A stretch of 49,089 nucleotides of DNA from Candidatus Caldarchaeales archaeon (GTDB lineage: Archaea; Thermoproteota; Nitrososphaeria_A; Caldarchaeales; Calditenuaceae), in NCBI GenBank assembly GCA_039630085.1, contig JBCNVM010000010.1, forward strand, positions 1 through 49,089, given 5' to 3'. Shown piece after piece: positions 28,366 to 37,655 of this stretch (position 1 is its first letter; each line of letters starts with the position of its first letter). The position numbers were made by a program, and so were the translations under genes. A model generated the notes under the pieces. That model saw only the letters and a list, made by a program, of their open reading frames with translations, was not told the origin of the DNA and ran no database searches.

Positions 28366-28381
28366 CTTATTGTGCAATAAG
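28366..28381. promoter_or_regulatory. Palindromic operator CTTATTG-TG-CAATAAG at the sulfurtransferase promoter
   Basis: Perfect 7-bp inverted repeat between the TATA-like CATATAA and the ATG at 28390. Confidence 0.55.
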
Positions 28382-28389
28382 CTCGAGAT

Positions 28390-29229
28390 ATGAGCGTGCA
28401 GATCCCGCCACTGGTATCGACCGAATGGGTCGCGAGGAACATCAGGAACCCCGACGTGAGGATTGTCGAGGTCGACTACGACCCCCAGACCGCCTACTAC
28501 CAGGGACACGTGCCCGGAGCGATCCTCTGGGACTGGAAGAGGGACATCAACGACCAGCTCGAGAGGAACATCGTCTCGAAGGAGGGCTTCGAGGCCCTGA
28601 TGTCGAGGAGCGGCGTCTCGAACGAGACCCACGTCGTCCTCTACGGCGACTTCAACAACTGGTTCGCGGCCTTCGCGTTCTGGGTGATGAGGCTTTACAA
28701 CCACGAGAGGGTCAGCCTGATGGACGGAGGGAGGAAGAAGTGGATCGCGGAGGAGAAGGAGCTGACGAAGGAGGTCCCGACGTACCCGCCGGCGCAGTAC
28801 AGGGTCACCAGGGTCAACTACGAGTTCAGGGTCTTCATGAACGACGTCAGGACTAGGCTCGGGAGCCCGCAGGTCGCGCTGGTCGACGTGAGGTCTCCCG
28901 ACGAGTTCACGGGGAAGATACTGGCGCCTCCGGAGTACCCGACCGAGCACGCCCAGCGCGGAGGCCACATACCCGGTGCGGTCAACATACCATGGGGCAA
29001 GGCCCTCAACGAGGACGGGACCTTCAAGAGCCCGGAGGAGCTGAGGAGGCTCTACGAGTCCGCGGGCGTCACCCCGGACAAGGAGGTGATCACCTACTGC
29101 AGGATCGGCGAGAGGTCCTCGGTCACGTGGTTCGTGCTGAAGCACCTCCTTAACTACCCGAAGGTCCGGAACTACGACGGCAGCTGGAGCGAGTGGGGCA
29201 ACGCGGTCGGGACGCCGATAGAGCGCTGA
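28390..29229 (+). CDS. Thiosulfate sulfurtransferase (two-domain rhodanese)
   Basis: GHVPGA, GHIPGA, active loop YCRIGERS, NYDGSWSEWG. Confidence 0.93.
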   Translation: MSVQIPPLVSTEWVARNIRNPDVRIVEVDYDPQTAYYQGHVPGAILWDWKRDINDQLERNIVSKEGFEALMSRSGVSNETHVVLYGDFNNWFAAFAFWVMRLYNHERVSLMDGGRKKWIAEEKELTKEVPTYPPAQYRVTRVNYEFRVFMNDVRTRLGSPQVALVDVRSPDEFTGKILAPPEYPTEHAQRGGHIPGAVNIPWGKALNEDGTFKSPEELRRLYESAGVTPDKEVITYCRIGERSSVTWFVLKHLLNYPKVRNYDGSWSEWGNAVGTPIER

Positions 29230-29290
29230 CCTCGAGCTCCCGCGAACTCCTTCAACCTATATTTCTGGGGGAGAGCCTCCGACGGCCGGA

Positions 29291-30181
29291 ATGGACGGAG
29301 TGGGACACATCGGGAAGGGAGTCTACATCATCGACAACGGAGGGCTCTACTACGACCGGACCAACGCGACGTTCCTCGTCAGGACCAACGGAAAGGCGAT
29401 CGTCGTCGACACGGGCTACGCCTCTAGGTACGAGAGGGTCCTGAGGGCCCTGAGGGCGATCGGGGTCACGAGGGAGGAGCTGAGCGTCGTCGCGCTGACC
29501 CACGTGCACCTCGACCACTGCGGCGCCGCGCCGAAGTTCGTCAGGGACTTCCCCAACGCGACGGTGCTAGTCCACCCGAAGGGCTCGAGGCACCTGGCGG
29601 ACCCCTCGAAGCTCCTCGAGGCGACGAAGTCCATCTTCAGGCCCAGGGACTTCGAGGCGATGGGAGGCATGGACCCGGTGGACCCGTCGAGGGTGGCCGA
29701 GGTCTCCGACGAGGAGGACGTAGAGGTCGGGGGCGTGACGCTGAGGGCGGTCTACACTCCGGGACACGCGCCCCACCACGTCGCGTACCTGCTCATGCCC
29801 CACAACTACGTCTTCGCGGGCGACGCCCTGGCCACCAGGGGCCCGATCTTCAGCTTCCCGCTCCCCGACACGGTCCCGCCGAAGTTCGACGTCGAGCAGG
29901 GACTCAGGAGCATCGACCGGATCTTCGACCTCGGAGCAAGACTGGTCATGATCACCCACTACGGCACTTACCTCGCGACGGAGGAGATGAGGGAGGAGGA
30001 GCTAAGGCTCTACAGGAGCTGGTTCGAGAGGATAAGGGCCCTGAAGGACGAGAGGCTTGACCACGGCGCCATCGCGGAGATCATCATCAGGGAGTACGAG
30101 TCGGCCCTCAAGGCCCCGCTCCACGCGGTCGCGAAGGACTGGATCCGGAGGTACGTCCTGGGAGCCTATCTCAGCGTGTGA
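29291..30181 (+). CDS. MBL-fold metallo-hydrolase
   Basis: THVHLDH, TPGHAPHH, AGD, THYG. Confidence 0.9.
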   Translation: MDGVGHIGKGVYIIDNGGLYYDRTNATFLVRTNGKAIVVDTGYASRYERVLRALRAIGVTREELSVVALTHVHLDHCGAAPKFVRDFPNATVLVHPKGSRHLADPSKLLEATKSIFRPRDFEAMGGMDPVDPSRVAEVSDEEDVEVGGVTLRAVYTPGHAPHHVAYLLMPHNYVFAGDALATRGPIFSFPLPDTVPPKFDVEQGLRSIDRIFDLGARLVMITHYGTYLATEEMREEELRLYRSWFERIRALKDERLDHGAIAEIIIREYESALKAPLHAVAKDWIRRYVLGAYLSV

Positions 30182-30216
30182 CACTCAAATAGCCGGCCTG
30201 CCCGGACCCCTCCAGG

Positions 30217-30636
30217 TTGAGCGTCAAGCTGGTCGACCCGTGGAGGCTGATCTCGGAGCTCTCGAGGCACCTGAAGGAGAGGAAGCTGGTGACGCCGCCG
30301 CCGTGGGCGAAGTTCGCGAAGACCGGCGTCGCGAAGGAAAGGCCTCCCTCGGACCCCGACTGGTGGTACGTCAGGTGCGCCTCGCTCCTCCGGAAGCTCT
30401 ACCTGAAGGGCCCGGTGGGCGTCTCGAGGCTGAGGAGGGAGTACAGCGACAGGCACAGGATGGGCCACAGGAAGCCCCACTCGGCGCTGGGGAGCGGCAG
30501 CGTCATCAGGGAGGCCCTCCAGCAGCTCGAGGCCGCAAACCTCGTGACGAAGCAGGGGAAGAAGGGCAGGGTGCTGACCGAGAAGGGCAGGGAGCTGGTC
30601 GAGGAGTTCTGCGACAGGATCCTGAAGGCCTCATGA
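30217..30636 (+). CDS. rps19e: 30S ribosomal protein S19e
   Basis: PPWAKFAKTG..KERPP..DWWYVRCASLLRKLY, LQQLE. Confidence 0.95.
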   Translation: MSVKLVDPWRLISELSRHLKERKLVTPPPWAKFAKTGVAKERPPSDPDWWYVRCASLLRKLYLKGPVGVSRLRREYSDRHRMGHRKPHSALGSGSVIREALQQLEAANLVTKQGKKGRVLTEKGRELVEEFCDRILKAS

Positions 30637-30866
30637 GCGTTAGGGAGAGGTTCTCGCGGATCAAGTCCGAGACCTCGGAGATCTCGGAGCGGGTTAGGGA
30701 GCTCAGGGACCTCTACGAGGCCGGCGAGCTCGACAGGGACGCGTACCTCGAGGCGAGGTTCGAGGCCGAGGTCGCCCACACCTATAGGACGATGGAGCTC
30801 CTGAGGGAGGCCTTCGCTCCCGAGCGGCCTCCCCGCGGGAAGAGGGAAAAGCGGTCGGACGGGTAG
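30633..30866 (+). CDS. Small helical hypothetical protein (77 aa)
   Basis: ATGA overlap with rps19e; host-like codons; LYEAGELDRDAY (SHOCT-like). Confidence 0.6.
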   Translation: MSVRERFSRIKSETSEISERVRELRDLYEAGELDRDAYLEARFEAEVAHTYRTMELLREAFAPERPPRGKREKRSDG

Positions 30867-31077
30867 AGGCTACGCCTGGGCTTCCCGCACAGCTCTTACC
30901 TGCTCGGAGAGAGCGACGGGAACAGACCTCGACGGCCGACGGCCTCACGCATCACCCCAGCAGAGGCCCGAGGAGGACGGACGCGACCATCCCGATCCGT
31001 CTCTCCTCGACTCCGGAGCCGCCCTCCACGTCCATCCGCACGCGAACAGCCAGCGTCGACCAAGAGTTTCCTTCGGG

Positions 31078-32322
31078 TCACTCGCCGTACATCTCGACCC
31101 TGCCGACCACGTCCATCAGGACGTTCATCAGGTCCAGGCCCCTGATCCTCCCCATCGAGCCCCTCCCGCAGCTGACCTCGTCGAACCTGACGACTTCGTC
31201 CCTCCTCACGCCCTCTCCGGCTATCGCGACCGGGACAGGGTCGCCGTGGTGCCTCCCGTCGAGGGAGCTGGTCGTGTGGTCGCCGGTCACGCAGACAACG
31301 GCCTCGGAGAGGACCGCGTCGAGGTGCCTCCGGAGCTCCCCGTCGATCCGCTCGATGAAGTCCCTCTTGACCGCGGGCTTTAGGTCGTGAGAGGCAGTGT
31401 CGGTGCCCTTGATGTGGAGGAAGACCAGGTCGTGGTTCCTCAGCGAGTCCACCGCGGCCTCGAACTTCGCCCTGAGGTCGGTGTTGAGGGTCCCGGTCGC
31501 GGTCGGGACGATCCTGACTTCCATCCCCGCGGCCCTGCAGACGCCCCTGTAGAGCGCGCCGCCCGCTATCACGACCGACCTGATCCCGTACCTCTCCTTC
31601 AGCGAAGGCAGCCTCGGCATCACGCCGCCTCCCCTCGGGAGGACCGCGTTGGCGGGGTTCAGGCCCCTCTGCCTCCTCGAGGCGTTGACCGGGTGCCCCT
31701 CGAGGACCTCCTTCGCCCTGCGCAGGAACCTCGACAGCTCCTCGGCCGTGACCCTCGCAGCCTCGGTGCCGTCGGTGGGCCTCGGCATCTGGACCCTCAC
31801 GCCCTCCCTGTGCGGGTCGACGTCCGTCACCGAGGGCGACGCCTTCTCTCCCCTGATCACGAGGACGCCCCTGTGCTCGACGGTCGGGAAGTACTCGAAC
31901 CTGAGGGCCGAGTCGAAGCCCTCCGCGAGCTCCGCGACCGCCCTTCCCAGCTCCCTCGCCTCCTCCGTCGAGATCCTGCCGGCCCTCCTGTCGATGAGGT
32001 TCCAGTCGTCGTCGACCGTCGCCATGTTAACCCTGAACGCGACGTCCCCGGGCCTCAGGTCCACGCCCGCGCCCAGCGCCTCGAGGGGGCCTCTGCCCGT
32101 GTAGTAGACCCTCGGGTCGTACCCCAGGATCGAGAGGTGTCCCGTGTCGCTACCCACAGGCACCCCTGGGGAGTAGGGGTCGAGGAGCCCGGTCATCCCC
32201 TCGGAGGCTATCAGGTCCAGCGCGACCTTCTTCGCGGCCTGCAGCGGCGTCATCAGCCCCAGCTCCTTGGAGGGCCTGTCGCCGAGGCCGTCGAGCATCA
32301 GAATGAGGACCTTGTCGGGCAC
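31078..32322 (-). CDS. apgM: 2,3-bisphosphoglycerate-independent phosphoglycerate mutase
   Basis: DGLGD, GSDTGHL, GRGPLEA, DRRAGRI, HIKGTD..SHD, TGDHTT, HHGDPVP. Confidence 0.93.
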   Translation of the reverse strand: MPDKVLILMLDGLGDRPSKELGLMTPLQAAKKVALDLIASEGMTGLLDPYSPGVPVGSDTGHLSILGYDPRVYYTGRGPLEALGAGVDLRPGDVAFRVNMATVDDDWNLIDRRAGRISTEEARELGRAVAELAEGFDSALRFEYFPTVEHRGVLVIRGEKASPSVTDVDPHREGVRVQMPRPTDGTEAARVTAEELSRFLRRAKEVLEGHPVNASRRQRGLNPANAVLPRGGGVMPRLPSLKERYGIRSVVIAGGALYRGVCRAAGMEVRIVPTATGTLNTDLRAKFEAAVDSLRNHDLVFLHIKGTDTASHDLKPAVKRDFIERIDGELRRHLDAVLSEAVVCVTGDHTTSSLDGRHHGDPVPVAIAGEGVRRDEVVRFDEVSCGRGSMGRIRGLDLMNVLMDVVGRVEMYGE

Positions 32323-32379
32323 GGCACCCGTTATCAAGCCCCGAGTGATTAGGATTCCCGGACCGGAGGCGGGGAGGCG

Positions 32380-33462
32380 ATGAAAGTGATAGCCTGCGTC
32401 GACATCGACTACTTCTTCGCGCAGGCGGAGGAGCTGAGGAGGCCCGGCATCTCGGAGAGGCCGGTCGTCGTCTGCGTCTTCTCTGGGAGGGACGAGCTGA
32501 GCGGCGCGGTCGCGTCTGCGAACTACGTGGCCAGGTCCTTCGGCGTGAGGGCCGGAATGCCGATCAGGGAGGCGGTCCAGAGGCTCAGGGGGGCGGACGC
32601 GGTGGTCCTCCCGGTCGACAAGGGGTACTACCTCGAGCTCTCGAGGAGGGCCTTCGAGGCCCTGGAGGGGTTCTCGGGTGCGATGGAGGTCGTGAGCGTC
32701 GACGAGGCCTTCCTCGACGTGACCGAGGCCGCCGGCGGCTTCGAGGGCGCGGAGAGGGTGGGAGCGGAGATGAAGAGGGCGGTGAGGGAGGCGACGGGGC
32801 TCAGGTGTTCGGTGGGAATCGGGCCGAACAAGCTGGTCGCGAAGGTCGCCTGCGACAGGTCCAAGCCCGACGGGTTTATGGTCGTCAGGCCCGGCGACGT
32901 CGAGTCCTTCCTCAGGGACCTCCCGGTGACGGAGCTCCCGTTCGTGGGAAGGAAGGTCGGCGCCAGGCTGAGGGAGATGGGGATAGAGACGGTGGGGGGA
33001 CTCGCGAGGGCCGACCCGCAGGTCCTGATGGAGAAATTCGGGAGGGCGCTCGGGACCTACCTCTACCTCGCGAGCAGGGGACAGTACGACGAACCCGTCG
33101 CGCCGAGGTCCGGGCGGAAGCAGCTGAGCAGGATCGTGACGCTGAAGAGGGACAGCTCTGACGTTGGGGAGATCGTCGGGCAGCTCTCCGGCCCGGTCGA
33201 CGACCTCATCTCGAGGCTGAACGCGGAGGGCCTCGCGCACAGGGGCGTCGGCGCGATCGGGATATCGACCGACCTGAAGACCTACACGAGGTCCCTCACC
33301 CTCCAGAGGCCGAACAGGGAGAAGGAGCCGGTCGTGAGGGCCCTGAGGTCGCTCTTCGCGGAGATGCTCGGCGAGGTCGCCGGGCTGAAGCTGAGGAGGG
33401 CCGGGGTGAGGCTCTACGAGCTGGTGAGGATGAGGGGGCAGAGGACGCTGACCGACTTCTAG
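32380..33462 (+). CDS. dbh: Y-family DNA polymerase IV (Dbh/Dpo4)
   Basis: VDIDYFFAQ, ANYVAR, VSVDEAFLD, NKLVAK, KPDG. Confidence 0.93.
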   Translation: MKVIACVDIDYFFAQAEELRRPGISERPVVVCVFSGRDELSGAVASANYVARSFGVRAGMPIREAVQRLRGADAVVLPVDKGYYLELSRRAFEALEGFSGAMEVVSVDEAFLDVTEAAGGFEGAERVGAEMKRAVREATGLRCSVGIGPNKLVAKVACDRSKPDGFMVVRPGDVESFLRDLPVTELPFVGRKVGARLREMGIETVGGLARADPQVLMEKFGRALGTYLYLASRGQYDEPVAPRSGRKQLSRIVTLKRDSSDVGEIVGQLSGPVDDLISRLNAEGLAHRGVGAIGISTDLKTYTRSLTLQRPNREKEPVVRALRSLFAEMLGEVAGLKLRRAGVRLYELVRMRGQRTLTDF

Positions 33463-33491
33463 CCGCAACCCATAATCCCTCCGGAGACGCG

Positions 33492-33962
33492 TTGATCGGT
33501 GTGGGGTCCGGTTACCTCCACGTCTCGAGGAGGAGGGTGAGGTTCGCGGAGACCGACTGCACCACGAGGGTCTTCTTCCCGAGGTACGTCGAGTGGATCG
33601 ACGACGCGGTTCAGGACTTCATGAGGGAGAGGGAGCTCGAGTTCGACGAGCGGGGCAACATGCTGGTCGGCGGCCGGGGCGTCGACTGGACCATCGTGAC
33701 CGGGGAGTACCACTGCAGGATGCTGAGGCCGCTCAAGATGAACGACGTCCTCGAGGTCGGGATAAGGCTCGAGAGGATCGGGAGGAGGTCGGTCACCTTC
33801 AGGGGAGAGGTCCTTAGGGACGGGGAGCTGGTCGCGGTCGGCTCGATAACGTACGTCTGCGTCGACCCGAGGGAGATGAAGTCCAGGGACCTGCCGAAGG
33901 AGCTCGTTGTGGCCCTCGGCGGAGGGGGTCAGAGTGAGCTGGGAACGTCATCGAACGTCTGA
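33492..33962 (+). CDS. Acyl-CoA thioesterase (4HBT-like hotdog fold)
   Basis: VRFAETD...VFFPRY, RIGRRSVTF. Confidence 0.85.
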   Translation: MIGVGSGYLHVSRRRVRFAETDCTTRVFFPRYVEWIDDAVQDFMRERELEFDERGNMLVGGRGVDWTIVTGEYHCRMLRPLKMNDVLEVGIRLERIGRRSVTFRGEVLRDGELVAVGSITYVCVDPREMKSRDLPKELVVALGGGGQSELGTSSNV

Positions 33963-33985
33963 TACTGCAGCTCTCCTCATCCCCG
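33925..33985 (-). ncRNA. Box C/D methylation guide sRNA (23S peptidyl-transferase region)
   Basis: Minus strand: C GGGATGA, guide GGAGAGCTGCAGTAT, D' CAGA, C' TCGATGA, guide CGTTCCCAGCTCACT, D CTGA, with G-rich/C-rich ends. The D guide complements conserved 23S GUGAGCUGGG. Confidence 0.85.
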
Positions 33986-34062
33986 CCGGGAGGGGGCCGG
34001 CCCCGCTATTAGGGGTTCCGCGGGCGCACGGTTAATTTCCTCTCCGGAGGGCGGACGCGGGG

Positions 34063-35685
34063 ATGCGGGGAGAGTCGGCGCAGAGGAGGGCTATAGGGAG
34101 GGGCACGTGGATGGACATGGTCGCCCACAGGCTGGTCCAGAGGGAGCGGGAGCTCGGGAGGAGCCTGGAGCTGATCAGGACCGAGAGCGGGTTCGGGGCC
34201 AGCGGCATCCCCCACATCGGAAGCATGGCCGACGCGGTCAGGGCGTACGCGGTGACCCTGGCCCTAAGGGACATGGGGTACAGGTCGGAGCTGATCGTCT
34301 TCTGCGACGACATGGACGGCCTCAGGAAGGTCCCCGCGAACCTCCCCTCCTGGCTCAACGAGCACCTGCTCAGGCCGGTCTCCGCCGTGCCGGACCCGTT
34401 CGGGAGCTTCGGGTCCTTCGCGGAGAGGATGGGCGCGATGCTCCGGGAGGCCCTCGACGAGGCCGGGCTCGAGTACAGGTTCATGTCGGGCAGGGAGGCG
34501 TACAGGACCGGGCTGCTGAGGGAGCAGGTCAGGAAGGTCCTCTCGGAATGGCGGAGGGTCGGAGAGGTCATCAGGGAGATGACCGGTCAGGAGAAGTTCA
34601 CCAGGGTACTGCCGTACTTCCCGGTCTGCAGGGGCTGCGGCAGGATCTACACCGCCGAGGCCTACGAGTTCGACGCGGGGCGCGGCGCGGTGAGGTACAA
34701 GTGCGTCGGGGTGCAGCTGAAGTCCGGGTGGTTCGCCGGCTGCGGGCACGAGGGCGAGGCCCGGATCGACACCGACGACGGCAAGCTGGCCTGGAAGGCC
34801 GAGTTCGCGGCCAGGTGGGCGGCCCTCGACGTCAGGTTCGAGGCCTACGGGAAGGACATCGCGGACTCCGTGAAGGTGAACGACTGGGTCTCGGAGAACG
34901 TCCTCGGCCACCCGCATCCCTACCACGTGAGGTACGAGATGTTCCTCGACGCGGTCGGCAGGAAGATCTCCAAGTCGACCGGGAACGTCTTCACGCCGCA
35001 GATGTGGTACAGGTACGCCTCGCCCCCGAGCCTCACGCTCTACCTTCTCAAGAGGTCCGTGGGAACTAGGAGGATCTCGCCTTCTACTATCATCAGGATG
35101 ATGGACGAGCTCGACAAGCTGGAGGAGCTCTACTTCAGGACCAAGGGAGCGACGGACTTCAGGACGGTCAGGCTGAGGGGCCTCTACGAGCACGCCCACT
35201 TGCTAAGGCCGAGGAGCAGGCCCTCGGTCAGGGTGCCGTACAGGCTGCTGGTGGACCTCGTTTCGGTCGCTCCACCCGAGAGGAGGGAGGAGTTCGTGCT
35301 GGAGAGGCTGAGGAGGTACGGCTACGATGTCGGATCCGAGGAGGTCCGGAGGAGGATCTTGTACGCGGTGAACTACGTCGACGACTTCGGGGTCGCCGCG
35401 AGGCCCTCCAAGGTCGAGGTGCCGGAAGAGGTCATGGCCGTGATCAGGGAGGTCGCGGAGGCGGTGAGGAGGGGAGCCGGGCCGGAGGAGATACAGGGCG
35501 AGGTCTTCAACAGGTCGAGGGCTAGGGGTGTCGACCCCGCGGAGACCTTCAGGCACTTCTACAGGGTCCTGCTGAACAGGGACAGCGGCCCCCGGCTCGG
35601 CCCATACCTCTACGACCTCGGGCCGGAGAAGCTGGACGAGATCCTCTCGCGGTACGTCCGCGCCGCGGGCCAAGGAGACGGCTGA
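34063..35685 (+). CDS. lysS: Lysine--tRNA ligase, class I
   Basis: ASGIPHIGS (HIGH), DDMDGLRKVP, GKLAWKAEF, KISKS (KMSKS), GPRLG. Confidence 0.95.
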   Translation: MRGESAQRRAIGRGTWMDMVAHRLVQRERELGRSLELIRTESGFGASGIPHIGSMADAVRAYAVTLALRDMGYRSELIVFCDDMDGLRKVPANLPSWLNEHLLRPVSAVPDPFGSFGSFAERMGAMLREALDEAGLEYRFMSGREAYRTGLLREQVRKVLSEWRRVGEVIREMTGQEKFTRVLPYFPVCRGCGRIYTAEAYEFDAGRGAVRYKCVGVQLKSGWFAGCGHEGEARIDTDDGKLAWKAEFAARWAALDVRFEAYGKDIADSVKVNDWVSENVLGHPHPYHVRYEMFLDAVGRKISKSTGNVFTPQMWYRYASPPSLTLYLLKRSVGTRRISPSTIIRMMDELDKLEELYFRTKGATDFRTVRLRGLYEHAHLLRPRSRPSVRVPYRLLVDLVSVAPPERREEFVLERLRRYGYDVGSEEVRRRILYAVNYVDDFGVAARPSKVEVPEEVMAVIREVAEAVRRGAGPEEIQGEVFNRSRARGVDPAETFRHFYRVLLNRDSGPRLGPYLYDLGPEKLDEILSRYVRAAGQGDG

Positions 35686-35758
35686 CTCACCGTTCGGGAA
35701 TCCGGCCGGGAGCCGCGGGACAAGGGAAATAACTCGGCCCTGCCTTGATCCGGGTGGC

Positions 35759-36298
35759 ATGGGTTCGACCGCTGTCCCCGCGGCCGTCGGATCCCTCCTC
35801 GGGGCCGCGTACTTCGTCGCGTTCTCGGCGTTCTCCGGGGCCGCGGCCCTCTGGACCGTCCCTAGGATAGGGATCTCGGGGATCGTGGTGACCCCTGCCT
35901 TCATCGAGTCGCAGGCCTACACCGGCCCGGCGATCCAGCTGATCGGCGACGGTTTCGTCGTGACGCTGAAGCTCTACGCGGTGCTCCTCGGGGCCCTCCT
36001 CTCCTTCCTCCTAGCGCTCAACGCGTTCTACCTCCTCAAGCTCCACCAGCAGGGCAGGCTCAGGACCTGCCTCGTCGTAGGCGGGGGGTCGGCGATCGGC
36101 GCGTTCATCGGGACCCTCGCCTCGACCTTCTACCTCTGCTGCGGCTGGGCCCCGTCCCTGATCCTGGCCCTGATGGGGATAGGCGTCGCGAGCACGCTGG
36201 GCATGATCCCGGGCTACATAGGTGCCGCGCTCTTGGCCTTCAACGCCTACGTGCTGAGAATGAGGGCGAAGGCGCCGGTCGCGGCCCTCAGGAGGTAG
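35759..36298 (+). CDS. Hypothetical multi-TM membrane protein with CC motif
   Basis: About 4-5 hydrophobic helices; YLCCGW. Confidence 0.65.
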   Translation: MGSTAVPAAVGSLLGAAYFVAFSAFSGAAALWTVPRIGISGIVVTPAFIESQAYTGPAIQLIGDGFVVTLKLYAVLLGALLSFLLALNAFYLLKLHQQGRLRTCLVVGGGSAIGAFIGTLASTFYLCCGWAPSLILALMGIGVASTLGMIPGYIGAALLAFNAYVLRMRAKAPVAALRR

Positions 36299-36950
36299 CG
36301 GTGACGTTCAGCCTCCGGAGGATCTCCCTGACCAGATCCATCGGCACCGACTCGACCGTCACGGATCCCCTCATCCACGGGTGCGGGACGCAATGGTAGG
36401 TGTAGACGCCCTCCTTTGCGAAGGAGTAGACGTACCTCTCGCCCTTCCCGAAGAGCCCGGAGTCGAAGAGGCCTCCGTCGTGGGTGACCGTGTGCGCGAC
36501 GTCGAGCTCCTCGTCGTTGGTCCAGACCACGGTGTGGTTGACGAAGAGGACGACCCTGATGTCCTTGGGCACGTAGTTCTCCGGCTGCCTCGGGTCCCAA
36601 GATCCGGGGATTATCGAGACGAGGACCTTGATCGGCGACTCGCCGATGGTCGGACCCGCGACGTAGAAAAGCTTGAAGGGTCCATAGCCGACTACCGCGG
36701 CCGTCGAGAGGCCCGCGCTGACCGCGAAGACCGCAAGTCCAATGACCATCGCCTGCTTCACCGTAACGCTCGGAGGCCCTCCCCTCAGGAGGCCACCGGG
36801 GAGCATCAGCACGCCCATCAGGAGGAGGAGCGCCGAGACCGCGTTCATCCCGTGCTCGAAGGTCTTGGAGACGCCGGAGTACGTGAGGAAGATCCCCGCG
36901 GCCCCCGTGACGATCAGCAGCAGCGAGATCCACGTGATCGTCTTGTCCAC
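36288..36950 (-). CDS. Membrane-anchored plastocyanin/azurin-family copper protein
   Basis: Three N-terminal TMs, then WTN..HTVT...YHCVPHPWM type-1 Cu ligands. Confidence 0.88.
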   Translation of the reverse strand: MDKTITWISLLLIVTGAAGIFLTYSGVSKTFEHGMNAVSALLLLMGVLMLPGGLLRGGPPSVTVKQAMVIGLAVFAVSAGLSTAAVVGYGPFKLFYVAGPTIGESPIKVLVSIIPGSWDPRQPENYVPKDIRVVLFVNHTVVWTNDEELDVAHTVTHDGGLFDSGLFGKGERYVYSFAKEGVYTYHCVPHPWMRGSVTVESVPMDLVREILRRLNVTATS

Positions 36951-37024
36951 GTCGAAGGGTGCGCCGAGGCATTATTTAACGGATGACCGGGCGCTCAGTT
37001 CTAGGCGCGGTCTGAGCCGCAGCG

Positions 37025-37471
37025 CTAACGCCTGTCGGGAGTCGGGGACTGCACGGACCTCAGCACGATGCAGGTGTTGGTGCTCCTGATCCCCTTGATC
37101 CTCCTGATGCTGTCGATGCACCTGTTCAGCGACGCCATGTCCCTCGCGAGGATGATCGCGACCGCGTCGAAGTTCCCGGTCACCTCGTGGACCTCCAGCA
37201 CGCCATCGAGCTTCGAGAGGGTCTCCGCGACCGCGGGCGTCGGAGTTCCGGGGTCGACGTTGATCATCGTGATCGCCTTGACCATCGACTTGTCGTCGAC
37301 GATCGCCGTGAACCTCAGGAGGCCCAGCTCCCTCAGCCTCTTCACCCTCTTCCTGACCGCGCCCTCCGACAGCCCGACGAGCTCCCCCAGCCTCTTGTAC
37401 GGCATCCTCGCGTCCCTGACGAGGTACTCGACCAGCCTCCTGTCCTTCTCGTCCATCGTCCTGACGGACAT
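37025..37471 (-). CDS. Lrp/AsnC family transcriptional regulator (LysM-like)
   Basis: DARMPY..LG..VGLSEGAVRKRVKRL; EVTGNFD; LNRCIDSIR. Confidence 0.9.
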   Translation of the reverse strand: MSVRTMDEKDRRLVEYLVRDARMPYKRLGELVGLSEGAVRKRVKRLRELGLLRFTAIVDDKSMVKAITMINVDPGTPTPAVAETLSKLDGVLEVHEVTGNFDAVAIILARDMASLNRCIDSIRRIKGIRSTNTCIVLRSVQSPTPDRR

Positions 37472-37481
37472 CGTAATTGCG

Positions 37482-37496
37482 GTGCACATTCTGCAC
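37482..37496. promoter_or_regulatory. 15-bp Lrp-type palindromic operator GTGCA-N5-TGCAC
   Basis: Lies between the TATA tract (37501-37513) and the start of the Lrp gene. Confidence 0.55.
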
Positions 37497-37655
37497 GGGG
37501 GATAAATATATTTTCACAACAAACCAGAGTTGGGCTGCGCATAGCGGAACCGCTACGTCGAGAACTGGAGCCGGCCCGCCGGGAGTAAACGGTCGGGCGG
37601 CGGAGCGAGGCGGCTGCACAGGATTAAATACGGAGGGCCTTCGGGGAGCGGCGAG

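Noticed and set aside
30860-31080. Short (type T-like) RNase P RNA suggested by GAAGGAAACTC on the minus strand
   Set aside because: No matching CR-V (ACANAA..GNNUA) or proper P4 helix found.
37520-37620. H/ACA-like RNA between the Lrp gene and moeB (hairpins, terminal ACA)
   Set aside because: No K-turn/K-loop and no bipartite pseudouridylation pocket.
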